A DNA stretch of 57,078 bases, counting the filler, from Sphacelaria rigidula (lineage: Eukaryota), in assembly GCA_964200075.2 (NCBI GenBank). It is 4 parts of 4 records of this genome, joined end to end, with 100 filler letters (N's around TTAATTAATTAA, not from the genome) between each part and the next. Parts side by side here need not be neighbours in the genome. Positions count along the whole stretch, not along the records: positions 42,886 to 57,078 come from CAXNAA020002395.1; 3 more parts are not named here. One strand, written 5' to 3'. The stretch's first letter is position 1, and every line of letters begins with the position of its first letter. Below the pieces are notes generated by a model. It worked only from the letters and a program-made list of their open reading frames with translations. It was not told the origin of the DNA and did not search any database. Below are positions 45,666-57,078 of the stretch, piece after piece. A program made the position numbers and the translations under genes.

Positions 45666-46355
45666 GTTTTGTCACCATGCTGTTGATGAGTTGAAAACGA
45701 TGAGTGGTTCGAGCTGGTGTTATAGCTCGGTCAAGTCTATTCTGTTTATAGCTGTTGGCGTACTGTTGTTTTGTGGCAAGTGGTGTTGTCTGTGCCGTGC
45801 GATGTTGTTCGCCATCTTTCATGACATACATCTAGATGATGTTTTTGTGTACGGGGATGGTGAGGTTTGGGGCAATTTGGCGTGTCTGATTTACGTCGGC
45901 ATGTGGTAACTTGTGCGTGGTTTACCCTCGGTTTCAGTTGTACAGTATGTCTGAGCGGCGGAGGTTATGTCCCAATGAGCCATGAGCCCTCCTGGGAGGG
46001 TCGCCGGGTGGGCGGACCGCTTTGGCGTTATTCGTCCCACGCACACGCGGAGTAAAACAATGAACAATTGTGCCATCACCGTGGCCGATCCGGGCTACCT
46101 CAATACGTCGAAAGCTAGGAACTTGCCTACTAGATACGATGAAAGATAAGGTGAAGATTTCGAATATATTCTTCAGTGAGCCTCTGGTTGCATCAGCAAA
46201 ACCTGCGCACATGCGTAATAACAACATTGCCGTGCAACGCGCGAGATGGAAAACATGCGTAGCGTCTTGTGCACACACCCATGTAATTGTCCAAGGTATC
46301 TTTTGTTTTGTTGCGGTCATGCCGCGCTGTTTCTATGAACCCTTCACTATCCCAT

Positions 46356-49300
46356 CTACCCCACATTAGTATCATTCTGCCAATCGACGGTATTATCTGG
46401 GCAACGCCCAATAATTTCTAGTCCGGAGGGAGGTGTCCTTCCCCCCTCCCCTGTCGCTGCAAGGCACTCGGCCTGACCCGACCTAGTCAGCCGTCCCCCC
46501 CCTGTGGAATACCACCCGACGGTAACATTAATCGCATTCGCGCTTCCTTCGGGACAGTACAAATACTCCGATCCGCATTGTATCTCGTTTGGTCCAGTAG
46601 ACCCCTGGATGGTCACACGAGAGGGTGTGGATGCGAAAGGGGAGGTGGGAGACGAGAGAGGTGCCGAATGTGAACTTTGCCGGGCACACACCTGAACATA
46701 TGCATCACAAAGTGATGCTTAAGAGGCATGATAACATCTTTGGGTGCCTGTTCACCACTTTGAAGAAATAGGTGCTACAGCAGTGGTAAGTCATCATACA
46801 CTGGAGGCGAGGGGCGCGCGAAGGGGTCGCAATATGCCGAAGTTATAGGATGATTGACCTCGCATCCCTGTAAAGCCGGGACGGAGCACGCTGGGATTTC
46901 GCTGGACCAGGCTCCCAATTACCAAGTGCGAACCGCCGTGATGTGTTCGGCGATTCGCATCAAGGGTAAGCTGTCTTCTGTTGAGATTATTCGGCCGGAA
47001 GCGTGCTGATTATCTTGGATAACAGTCTACCATGAGTTGCTTCATTTTCTGGTATGGTCAATTCCAGCGACAGCTACGGGATACACACTGCCTCATGGGC
47101 GTCTCACCGCGCGCGGAGGAGGTGGGGGGGGGGGGGGAGTGAAAAATGACGTCATGGACGATTAACGGCGATTGCACCTATCCTTCATGAGACCGCTATT
47201 TTGGTATTGGCTGTTTGTGTTGTTTGCATTACCCTCGTGCTGCAACGGGAGGCGAACAAGAGTTGATATGTTTTACCCACTAACCGTCGCAGGGGACCCT
47301 ACACCGAGGTATGATATCTGTGCCGCGCGTGGCCTAAAATATACCGGGGTTGGACACTGTGCCGTTTCCCCTCTCTCTAACCGGCAGTGTCACTACATGT
47401 AACCCCCCACCTCCGGACAGTAGAAACCCGCGTGGCAGGGTCCCGTGCACGCCGAATCCCTCATGCCCTCCACCCCGTAGCGTCCAGGAGGACACGCCAT
47501 CCCGATTGTTCCACCGTTCTCCTCCTCCTCCGATGTATTTGGGAAGGTCCCTGCAGGGCAATAGCGACCGGCCGGGCACAGACCCGAGCACAGTGGAGAG
47601 GACAGGCCAGGCGAAGATCCGTATGTACCTACAGGGCAAGGCAGAGCCACGCCTTGTTTGCAATAGGAACCGATAGGACATGTGGCCTTGTGGGCGCAGG
47701 AGGGGTGGGGGAATGGCGGGGAAATCGTGTGGTTGCCCAATTGCAACAAATGAGCAGATGACATTAACCCCTGGGGTGCAAAAATGTTGGGTATTTGTTG
47801 AGAAGGCAAAAACATTCGTTTGAAAAATTGGCCTGCTCGTCCAAACAGTGCTACTGTCGATCCCACGTTGTTGTGAACGGCGTGAGCAGCGTCGAGAGTA
47901 CAAATCAAGACACAAACGCAAGATTTTGACGCGCGCAAGTCATGACTCTTGCTGTCTGTTGCGAAACGACAGAGAACGAAATACACGAGCACACTGGGGG
48001 CACACATACCTGCGCATCCCTCCTGTCGAGCGCCCCCCCCAGGGTGTAATTTCCCTCTCCAACTTCTTGTCTTTCACTCGAACCTTCGGGGCAGTACCAT
48101 TGAGTTCCCCCGCATCTTTCCCCCTCGAAAGCCACGGCCAAACCGGCTTGGCAGACATATCCAGGAGGGCAGGGTCCGGAGCAGGACGGGGACGAGAGGC
48201 CAGCGGAGGAGCCAAATGTACCAGCGGGGCATGGAATGCGGGCGCCGCCGTCGCAGTAGTAGCCTGGCTCGCACTCGGCCTGCGCCGTGCGGGTCTGTGT
48301 GCAGTGGTGGTCGCCGACGGTCGGTTTTCAAAGTGACCACGAAGAGAGGAAGGATCTGGAGGTAAGGGAGTGGTCGCTCACCGGAGATGCAAGTGGTTGG
48401 TCGTAGATTACTGTGGCGAGTGCACAGAGTCTAAAGGGATGTGGGACAGGTCGCACCAGACTTGACATACGTGATTTCAGTCGACGTCTGATACACTTGC
48501 ACATGATAGTAGCAGAATGGTAACGTGTGTCTGCGAGCTTTATTCAGCTGAATTTACGGCAACCCAAGTTTAACAGAGGTGCTTCCGTGGGACTGCGTTC
48601 ATGTTTCGGTTTTCTGATGCGAGGATTTGTTTTTGTGCTTTCCGAAAACACCGTTTGTACCCCCTTACTGAAGGTGCGATCGTCAAGAGGCCAGCCATCC
48701 TGACATGCACTGCGTTCCGTCTGTTTCCGTGCGTGTTATCCTATTTAGCACCATCTTATCCGGCCAGGTTGCAAGCCATGAATATATCCGTCGTGAATCC
48801 TCACCTCTTGTCCCGTCAACGACCAGAACTCTCCATGCCCTCCGCCCACGCCCGCATCCGAGTATGTGTAGTATCCATCATCCACTGGGGATGGTAGTGC
48901 GGACCCAGCGGGGCAAAACAATGCACCCGATCCGCAGGTTTTCGCATGAGAGGAGTTGCTACCAGGTGGACAATAGTATCCACGAGTGCAGAGCGATGCC
49001 AAGCATGGGCCGCCTTGCACCCGTGCACAGACGTGCTCCTATTTTGAGGACGTACGAGACGACAGAAAGAGGTCGCGGGAGAGGTGGCGGGGGGGGGGGT
49101 TGTACTCATGATCTTGCATGCTGTAGCCATATGACCATTGACCTCGCATCCCTACAAAGTCGGGGTGGAGCACGCCGGGTTTCCGCCGGACCAGGCGATC
49201 AATTAACGAGCGCGAAGCGCCGTGATGTGTTCGGCGAGTCGTGTCAAGGGTGAGCTGCATCCTGCTGATATTGTTCGACCCGGAGCGTACTGATTTTCTT

Positions 49301-52300
49301 GCACATAGAGAACGGCCCCTGATTTGCTTCATTTTCTAGTATCGCCACTTCCAGGGACAGCCACCGGCTCCACAACATTGCCTCATGGACGTCTCACCAT
49401 TTAAACACTGCGTAGTATGATCATCCCCTTTACGCGGATTTGAAGTCCTCCACTCCACGCAATACGATCTAGCTCAACCACCATCATGGTTACCGCAACG
49501 AAAACAAACGCAAGGTAATTCAAACTGGTAACATGGTTGCCTAGCTTGCGCAGTGAGTGGCGTGTTATAGAGTGGCGTTGACAATCGACGCCAACCCTCA
49601 AAAGAAAGAGAGGGGGGGGGGGGGGGGGGGGGGCGGAGGAGTAGACGATAGCACATGACAAGAGCGTGCTCATTACATCACAATTACAAAGGTAGATTTC
49701 CGTACACATAGGGATTAGGGGCAACATTGCGACGTCCCACTTCGAACAATCGACTGCTAGCCCTATTCCTTAAGCCCACTGACGAGATTCGAGGGACCGA
49801 CAGATCAACGGTGGCTACGTCCAAGATCGCATGGGGATCCATGCTCCCACCGCCTTGTTCACACGAGGCGTGTGTCAAGAGGGAGTGTTCAACAGAGGAC
49901 GAACAGCGAAAACTGTTGAGAACAAAATGAGTAAGCAACATGCTCAGCTTCCTTCGCGCACCTCCGCACAAAAGGAGTCCTTGAGCCCGCGGGTCGATCC
50001 AAAACGTCCTGCCGGACATGGCTCCTGGGTAGCATTGACGCTACCCGAGGGACAGTAGTGCCCCTCGGAGCACAGTCCTGAACACGATTCCTCCTTGAGG
50101 CTTTCCTCTTCTGCAAGACGCGCGGTTTGAAGCGAAGTGCGGTGTAGAGAGCAAGCGGATCTTTCTGTGGATCTTCGTTCTCATTACGAAGTAGTTCAAT
50201 TTTAGACTATGCATGCAAATACGACCCGCAGTGTATATGTAGGAAGGCGTCTACAGGAAGTGTCCTCAATTGCTTCACATGTTGGCGTACTGGGAATAGC
50301 TGAGCGGCACTTGGACTCTTTCTCTCCCTACCAATACCCAGCACTGGGAGGATTTTTTGCGTACTCTCGGTGTACGGTGCCACGTCTTGACGAACCATCG
50401 CTTCAGGTCATTATCCACGGCAGGGAATAGAGGTCGAAGGTGTGTGTAGTGTATTGACTTGGAGCCACACGTGTACCTTTGGAACTCTTTTTCTGTATAA
50501 TCCCCTTCCGTCTGGCGTTCATTTCAAGGGGGTCATCAAATCGCTGTTCAAGGTCAAATGTGGCGTGTAAAGTCGCGCGACACAAGTGATTTTGACACAC
50601 ATTCATCCTCTCTCGGTGGTCGCATTTTACGCTCAGAATAGGAAATGAATGCAGTAAACTCTTGCTCTTGCAGCAATACAAGGAAACTTTGTAGTGCTGC
50701 CCTGTTTCTTCGGCCGGCCATTCGGATCGCTTCACCTCGTCCGAAGGCCACCTTATCCACGAGATCGATCGCGCGAGCCAGCCATATTGAAAGCTAGTAA
50801 ATCTGTTCAAGACACCAGCGACGCCGCGCCTCGTCGGTCCAACTGGCACATCTTAAGCCGTTTAGGGTGGAAGGTCGATGGGTAACTATAGTTTACATCG
50901 TTGAAAACAGAAGGCCGTGAGTAGCGAAGATTGCTCGACGAGAATCGACGCGATGCGGGAGTGCTGATCCAATCCCTGATACTGAAATATCAGGCGTGTA
51001 CCGAGGGGTACTCATGATCATGCATTCTATAGTCAGGGGGGGAGCGGGTACTAATGAGGCGTGTACCGGGGGAGAGATGGCTTGATCCCTCGAGACTACG
51101 GGTTCCTCCCGAGGGAGAGAAGAGGTTGGAAGTATGAAGAAACAAATCTATGGGATCCGCGACGGATATTTCCTGCTAAAGCACTCGTTTTGGGGGTTCG
51201 CCCTTGCACACGAAACGATATTGGATCATAGTTGAATAATCACATCGAATTACCGCACGTGCTACTATACTGCGAATATTGGCCACGTTCGAAGTCGATG
51301 AGCAACAAAAGATAGCCGAATCCTCTTCTTACCTCCGTAGGATCCAGCGGGGCAAAGAATGGGTTCAGCTGTGCCGGCCGGGCAGTAATGGCCAGGTGGA
51401 CAAGGACCACTGCAGAATGGTGACTGTAGACCATCGATCGCGCCAAATGTTCCTGCGGGGCAGAGATATTGCTGTCCGCCCGTGCAGTACGTGCCCACTT
51501 CACACTGTGACTGTGCCGATCTTATGAAGAACGACAGGGCGTGGATCAGTATGAAAATAAGGAAACAAAAGCAGCGAGGAGGTATTGTTGTTAGTGGCAA
51601 TGCTCGTAGAGTTCGGGCAGGAGATGTAGGGAAAGTACAAGGTCTGTGTATACGCGTACATCCGTACTAGAATATATCAAACAGTCAGAGAGAAAGATCG
51701 GCCGTGATAGTTGGGTTTGCCGCAAAGCAAGGCGAACATTCGAAGCAAGGCGAACATTAGCGCACGAGGGTACTTGCCCCAGACGAGTGCTGTAGCCCAC
51801 CCGACCTGAACTATTCATGTATAGGGTAGCAGAACTCTGGGGCTGCAGGAGTGCATGTAACATGCCGCCCTTTGTGCGCTGGGTGCGGGTTGGCTATACT
51901 GTAGAGACTGCTGCCGAGATAGCCCACCCCTAAACCGGCCAAAAACGTGCACGGAGGCGATGATCATAACTGCCGTTAGAGCTGGTTTCGTGCTGCACGA
52001 TGCGACTGATTTGGGCGTTGTAGCTGATTTCAGACTGCTACGCTCCTCTCATGTGGGCGAAATTGCTGCAAACGAGGCCAATAGTGGGATCGCAGCCGGT
52101 TCGTGGGATGGTGCCGATGCACTTTTTGTGGGGGGGCTCTCTCGGCATTAGTCTAGATTGTTTAATACAGTTATGGGGCTATCAGGATGCCTCGTTCGAT
52201 TATTTCACCTTGTCCGACGTGAAAAGGCTTGTTCGGAGTCAGAGGAAGACGCCGGTGCGTCGGACGTGGTGTAGTAACCGGTCGACACTCTCTGCCTCTC

Positions 52301-55300
52301 CCCGCTGCCTTGTGGGCAGAAATGCGCTACGGAGCCACAAGGAATGCTGTCTGGTGACACAGAACTGAGCAGAGAAAGAAACATGGGGACAGGAGACATT
52401 CGGCAACTGTGAGTGTACTGATGCTGCGTGTGGTGTAGTCCAACTCGGAGCTTACGGTAAATGATGAGGAAACGGGTGCTTCCAACGGCTTCATGGCGCT
52501 TGGACGATCGCGAGATACTTGTAGCAAAGGGCGCCTTGGTATGTTCAGCTACAACACCGGCACTGGTCTAGCTGACTAGGCAATGCGGTATAATCTGGGA
52601 AACGTTTAAAGATCATCGAGGGGCGGAAAAGATGCTGCGAGCAGAGGCACCCAGCACATACGCCGTGTTAGGAACATGCGTGCAACGTTTTCGTACCGGA
52701 ACACAAAGCGCCCTCCGGCCGCACGGCGTATCCATCACTTATGGCTATGCACAACTTGATACAAATATCTATATATATATTAGGAGCGACTGCATGTAGT
52801 TACCCGGACAAGCAGAAATATCCCGCCTTGCATTCTCCACTGCATGACTTGTCGCCGTATCCTGCTGTTGCACCAAATGTACCTGGTGGGCACCGTAGGG
52901 TAGGACTAGCAGTACCAGCCGGGCAGTAATATCCGCGTGGGCAAACCTGGCGCGGAGGTGAAGGTATGAGGGTGATGCACTGCATGAAGGTTAACGAAAA
53001 CCTGAGAACATCGCAATTTTCGAGTTATTGTATACAAAATGCTACGAGACAAAATTTTGCGACCCAATTGAGTCGCTGCTTACAGTGAATGAAAGAAGTA
53101 GCACCCACATTTCTGCTGACACCCTTTCTAATCTCCGTTTTGTCTTACCCCTGGGCATCCCGCTCCGACTAGCCCACTGTCTTTCCCGTAGGAACCCGGC
53201 TCACATGCCCGGCAGAATCCCGTCGCAACGCTCAGGTAACTTCCGGGAGGACATCGACCGCCCGAATCCTCCTCGAAGATGTATACGTCAGATCCTGATC
53301 TTGCCCATTCACATGGAAAATGAGCACATGGATAAAGATTCAACAACAGCAGTAATACTAGATCAGCCAGTACTCCGTGCAGAATCTACACATCAATTGG
53401 GAATTCGAGTCATACCACGGTAGGGGTTACACATTTGGGTCCGTTTGGACCTTATTCGGGTTCCTGAAGTTGGAGCTACACAAGGGAGTGGGTCAGGATA
53501 TTCCTGTTATATATTTCGTTCGAGATATCCCTTGCCCACTGAATTGTTTATCGGGGTATGCTCTCACATATGTCGTAAGTGTTTTTGTGGATGAAATAAA
53601 AGGCGCATAACAATTTGAACCGTGGCATGGCTCAAATATTATATTTTATTAACAATTGACAACATTGTGTTCCACGACATGTGTCTCAAGCATCACCTTC
53701 TGAATCTTCTGTCCTCGTCGCCGACGTCGACGCTCCGGCAGGCCCAAAACATCCGATAAGATATGGAAAGTCAGGGGTTGCACGATACGTGTAAGTCACT
53801 ACCAGGTGGTCGGTCGACTGCTCTGCTAACTCGAGTCCTGAAATCGCCGTCCCATCAGCGCGCCCGTTGGCTTCCCATCGACCGTTGCAGGAGTCGAGAC
53901 CCCAAGCCAAAGATCCCGTTGAGTCGTACGGGCCATAGATTTTCCGGCCGTCGAGGGTGAAGCCCAGCAAGGGAGACGACGCAAACGTAGAAGAATCGGG
54001 AATTTGAAAGCCGGCTATGGCTAGCGCGGGATCATAAACCCCTCCCTGCGGCAGCATGTATGGTGAGTGAGAAACCGTGAGCACAGGTAAAGACGTGACA
54101 AAGTGGAAGAGGTGGACGAACCCGGACACGATCGAAGGAGTGAAGCCGTATGAAGGATAGGTACTCGTTGCATGTAGTTGGTAAACGAACCGTAGTTCTT
54201 AAGGGAATTATACCGTTTGGGCTGGTTTGGAAAGAGGGGGATCGCTCGTTTGTTTGAACCCGAACTTCTGTTGAGCGCAATTTGACCAGAGAGGTGCATG
54301 CAAGTTGCCTGGTACACCTCGGGAACTGAAGACGCCCCCCCGTGTAGACACGGAGGCATCACACGATAGCCATACGCTCCAGTGTTCGGTTGCAGGGAGC
54401 CAGCGCATTCATCGAACAGGGTGTCATTCTCTGCTACGCTCCCAGGTAGCGGATTTATTGTATCGGCTCCTGCATGGGGGTGCACAGGAGAGTGTGAGGC
54501 GGTCATGAGTGAGGGTTACCGTGCCACAGCTGCAGGTACAGAGCCTGCTGCCCATTTTTGTGTCTGCGCTGAGAAGCGAAATCCCGTAGAGTTTTGTTTT
54601 GCATATGATTTCGTGCGGGGGTGTCTTCACCGACCTCAATTCTGTGGAAGTCGTCATAGCCAAACCTTGAGAGATTTCCTGCTTTGCTGCCTATCCACGG
54701 TTCCTCGAATTGACCGCTGTGTCGAACCGCTTCTTTCACACTCGGCACTTTCTTTTTATCGCGAGCATAACTACGTATAACTTCGTGCCTTTTTACCTGT
54801 TACCGACAGAGGAGAAAAGAAGGGGACGCCGTTCAGAGCCATCCCTAGCGGCCGGCCCTCCTGGGCCGCGTCAGTCAGAAACTCGGTTGGTATGAGGTAT
54901 CTCTCCAGCGCTTGTTGGGCAGTGCTTTCCTCGGCGTCATCAGATATGAGCGGCATAGTAACATCCCAGTGTTGATCGACAACAAGATCAGTCCAAGATT
55001 TGGAAGAAGCCCCCTTGCCGAATGTATGTCTGGGAATTCCAGAAGACAGGAGGCGCATGAACCAAGCCCCTTGTTTTTCCCAATCTGCTCAGTTGATTGT
55101 TGCCCCCCGAAGGATGCACGCAGTAATGTAAATCATGCATACATGTCAGCACCGGGGGGGGGCAGGACGATAAGCCTCACGACCGAATCTGTCACTCACG
55201 ATGTATACCAGTTGTGTTCGACAGAAAAGTCAAGAGGGAATAGTCAGTGCAGAACGCTTTGACTTTTACGCACACATGCATGTTAGTTTCTCGCAGAAGC

Positions 55301-55996
55301 CCTCCCATGACTTCAACAATCCCTACCTTATGAGACGGTGATATGAACACTGTTTCATTCCACCAATCTCGTACTTGACCTACCCCTTATGAGGAGGGGG
55401 GAAGGCAAATAGACCCGTCTACGGAGTGCCTTCCGATGTGTTCAAAACCGATGAGTTCTTCGACACGACCGTCTGCAGGTTCCTACAAAGTCGCGGGTTA
55501 GCAGGCCACATTACGTTGGTATAGGTCGCACCGACACAGCATGGATGCCTAAAGCAGATTACATGGTAGATGCACGCGAGAGGTAAGATACTGGCTTTGA
55601 TGGTCCCGAGCCGCCTCGCCCTTCGGCTATTCCACCATTAAATCGCCAACAAAAAAAATAACACACGCGCATGAGCAGCTCGACGAGATCCACACCGAAA
55701 GAAATATCGATCAACGCAGTGCCAGCTTAGTCTATTACGTGGTAGATATTGAACAGAGCCATTGTCTTCTTTGCTACTTCTTTTGCCGGGGAAACATCCC
55801 AGCGTTATGTGGGCCAAGCGTGTGTGGGACAGGTATAACACAACCAACGCTATGTACAACGCGTTATGGGTTTGCCAGGCATATCACGAAGTAGTTAACC
55901 CTCAACACTGTAAGATGGGTTTTGAGTTCAGTTTTGGGTCGGTTGCCAGCGAATACAAAAACAAGACGCAAATATGTATATTTTTTTAATGTGAAG

Positions 55997-56030
<34 letters not shown>

Positions 56031-56515
56031 AGATAAGGGCTGGCTCGTGCAGGGCAGGTAACGCCACCACATGGGAGCTTGGTAGTTAGGTACTCGAGCT
56101 TCAAAGTTTTCAAAGTCCAAGAACTTGAGTACAAATTGTGATGCCTGAATTAGAACCCGGGACCAAACCCTACATAGTCGCTGTTGTTAGCCCACAGAGG
56201 AAGTATGAACTCGAGCCTTGAATGGTTCTCAAGTGGTGGTGTATCTAAACAGTACGGTATTCTAAGTTAACTTCGGAGTATCGTCTTATCCGCCGCGCGC
56301 TCACGCTGCTCGCCTTGGAAACACGTGACGGTAACCAGATCCTGATCAAAGAGATCGGCAGGGCAGGTCGGTGTGGTCCCCGACTTGACAAATGATGTGT
56401 CGTTGATCCCCCCCGCCGACGAGTACACGACAACCGTTGCTTTCGTGACCTTGACCAAGCGTGCTGTGGACATGCCAACAGCGAGGGCGACAAGGGTAGG
56501 GACGTAGCTTCTCAT
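46356..56515 (-). CDS. Secreted protein: signal peptide, YHYH-like domain and tandem Cys-rich CPxG(T/H/Y)YC repeats (GCC2_GCC3/ephrin-receptor-like); about 13 exons
   Basis: Exons: 56515-~56305 (MRSYVPTLVALAVGMS), 55084-54797 (SSGIPRH..PLGMALNGVPFFSP), 54469-54318 (DECAGSLQPNTGAYGYRVMPPCL), 54045-53697 (SPLLGFTLDGRKIYGPY..LDSCNGR..YTYRATPDFPYLIGCFG). Cys-repeat exons near 53148-53303, 52803-52947, 52208-52366, 51332-51521, 49960-50111, 48804-49018, 48010-48294 and 47411-47687. Terminal exon 46356-46603 ends in a stop. No C-terminal TM segment. Confidence 0.88.
46830..47138 (+). repeat. Oligo-G-associated repeat, long subfamily B (~300 bp), intronic
   Basis: Colinear with 49090-49398 (ATTGACCTCGCATCCCT..GGAGCACGC..GGACCAGGC..CGCCGTGATGTGTTCGGCGA..TCAAGGGT..TTGCTTCATTTTCT..GCCTCATGG(G/A)CGTCTCACC); followed by a G run. 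Confidence 0.88.
49090..49398 (+). repeat. Oligo-G-associated repeat, long subfamily B (~300 bp), intronic
   Basis: G run followed by TTGTACTCATGATCTTGCATGCTGTAGCCATATGACCATTGACCTCGCATCCCT...; colinear with 46830-47110. Confidence 0.88.
51005..51042 (+). repeat. Oligo-G-bounded repeat, minimal subfamily B fragment
   Basis: GGGGTACTCATGATCATGCATTCTATAGTCAGGGGGGG. Confidence 0.65.
55980..56031 (+). mobile_element. Retroelement 3' end with a (CAA)n tail, intronic and antisense to the host gene
   Basis: TTTTTTTAATGTGAAGAC(AAC)~11, the same junction as 368-419, but the upstream sequence differs. Confidence 0.6.
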
Positions 56516-57078
56516 CTCGCCTCAGCGATGGAGTGCACACGGTGTGCAATAGAGTATACGGTTTATAAATACAGTAGGGATTGGAGTATCAGCTTTTATC
56601 AGTGTGAATTACGGTCGGTATGTTATCATGGTACAGCCCATACAGGCTGCAAGTTCAGCTCGAGCATTACTCTCTGTATTTGTCCGCATGCGGGCGATGG
56701 TGACCTATACCTCAAAGGCAAACAAGCGAGCCCTCTCGAAGAAGTCTGGTCACACCGCACAGTCGATTGTCACGAGAGTAGAGTTATATCAAGCCCTTTT
56801 CGAATATTTTTGTGTGTTCATGCACTTGGACAGCTATCCGTCGGTCGGACGCTCCTTGTTTCCCAGTCACTCCCGAAGAAAGATCCTCAACCAACAACCG
56901 GATACGGCATCATGTCATCCATATCCATATCCTTCACGGCTGGGTAAGTAGTAATCGATTTTACCCGCACCAATTTTCCCGCAGGTGTATGATGGTTGAT
57001 TGTACCCTGAATGTGACGGTCAAACAGGGGTACTATGGTCACGGGTAATTGTCGGATATTCCGGTGCTTTGTTTTACA

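Noticed and set aside
55330..55380. Extra small exon in the YHYH-like gene (GQVRDWWNETVFISPSHK)
   Set aside because: It ends in phase 0 while the next exon requires phase 1; exon 1 joins 55084 directly in phase.
44375..56515. Functional link between PIG-L (GPI biosynthesis) and the adjacent secreted Cys-rich protein
   Set aside because: The secreted protein has no hydrophobic C-terminal GPI signal, and adjacency of eukaryotic genes alone is not evidence.

Overview
This is eukaryotic, intron-rich genomic DNA, most consistent with a brown alga (Phaeophyceae, Ectocarpus-like). That assignment is inferred from gene architecture and repeat style, not from a database hit. The window is not one locus. 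It is four unrelated contigs (1-14197, 14298-28491, 28592-42785, 42886-57078; lengths 14197/14194/14194/14193) joined by 100-nt N44-TTAATTAATTAA-N44 spacers, i.e. a size-sorted concatenation, so adjacency across spacers has no biological meaning. Contig 1 carries a multi-exon ZIF1/ZIFL-type MFS transporter (- strand) and a complete non-autonomous hAT-type element (1300-3610; TIRs, perfect 8-bp TSD) containing a ~580-bp internal fold-back. Contig 2 carries a multi-exon uncharacterised protein (- strand), two elements with telomere-like cores, an RTE-like LINE 3' fragment and a BED-finger hAT transposase pseudogene. Contig 3 carries a PDZ + multi-IQ + CxxC/CxxC protein (- strand), a palindromic minisatellite and a partial unknown gene (+). 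Contig 4 carries the 3' exons of PIG-L (+), converging on a large secreted protein with a His-less YHYH-like domain and many CPxGxYC Cys-rich repeats (- strand). A repeat family bounded by oligo-G tracts occurs at least seven times. No prokaryotic system, CRISPR array, rRNA or intact tRNA was seen. Most ORFs in the supplied track are spurious or are exon-plus-intron read-throughs.
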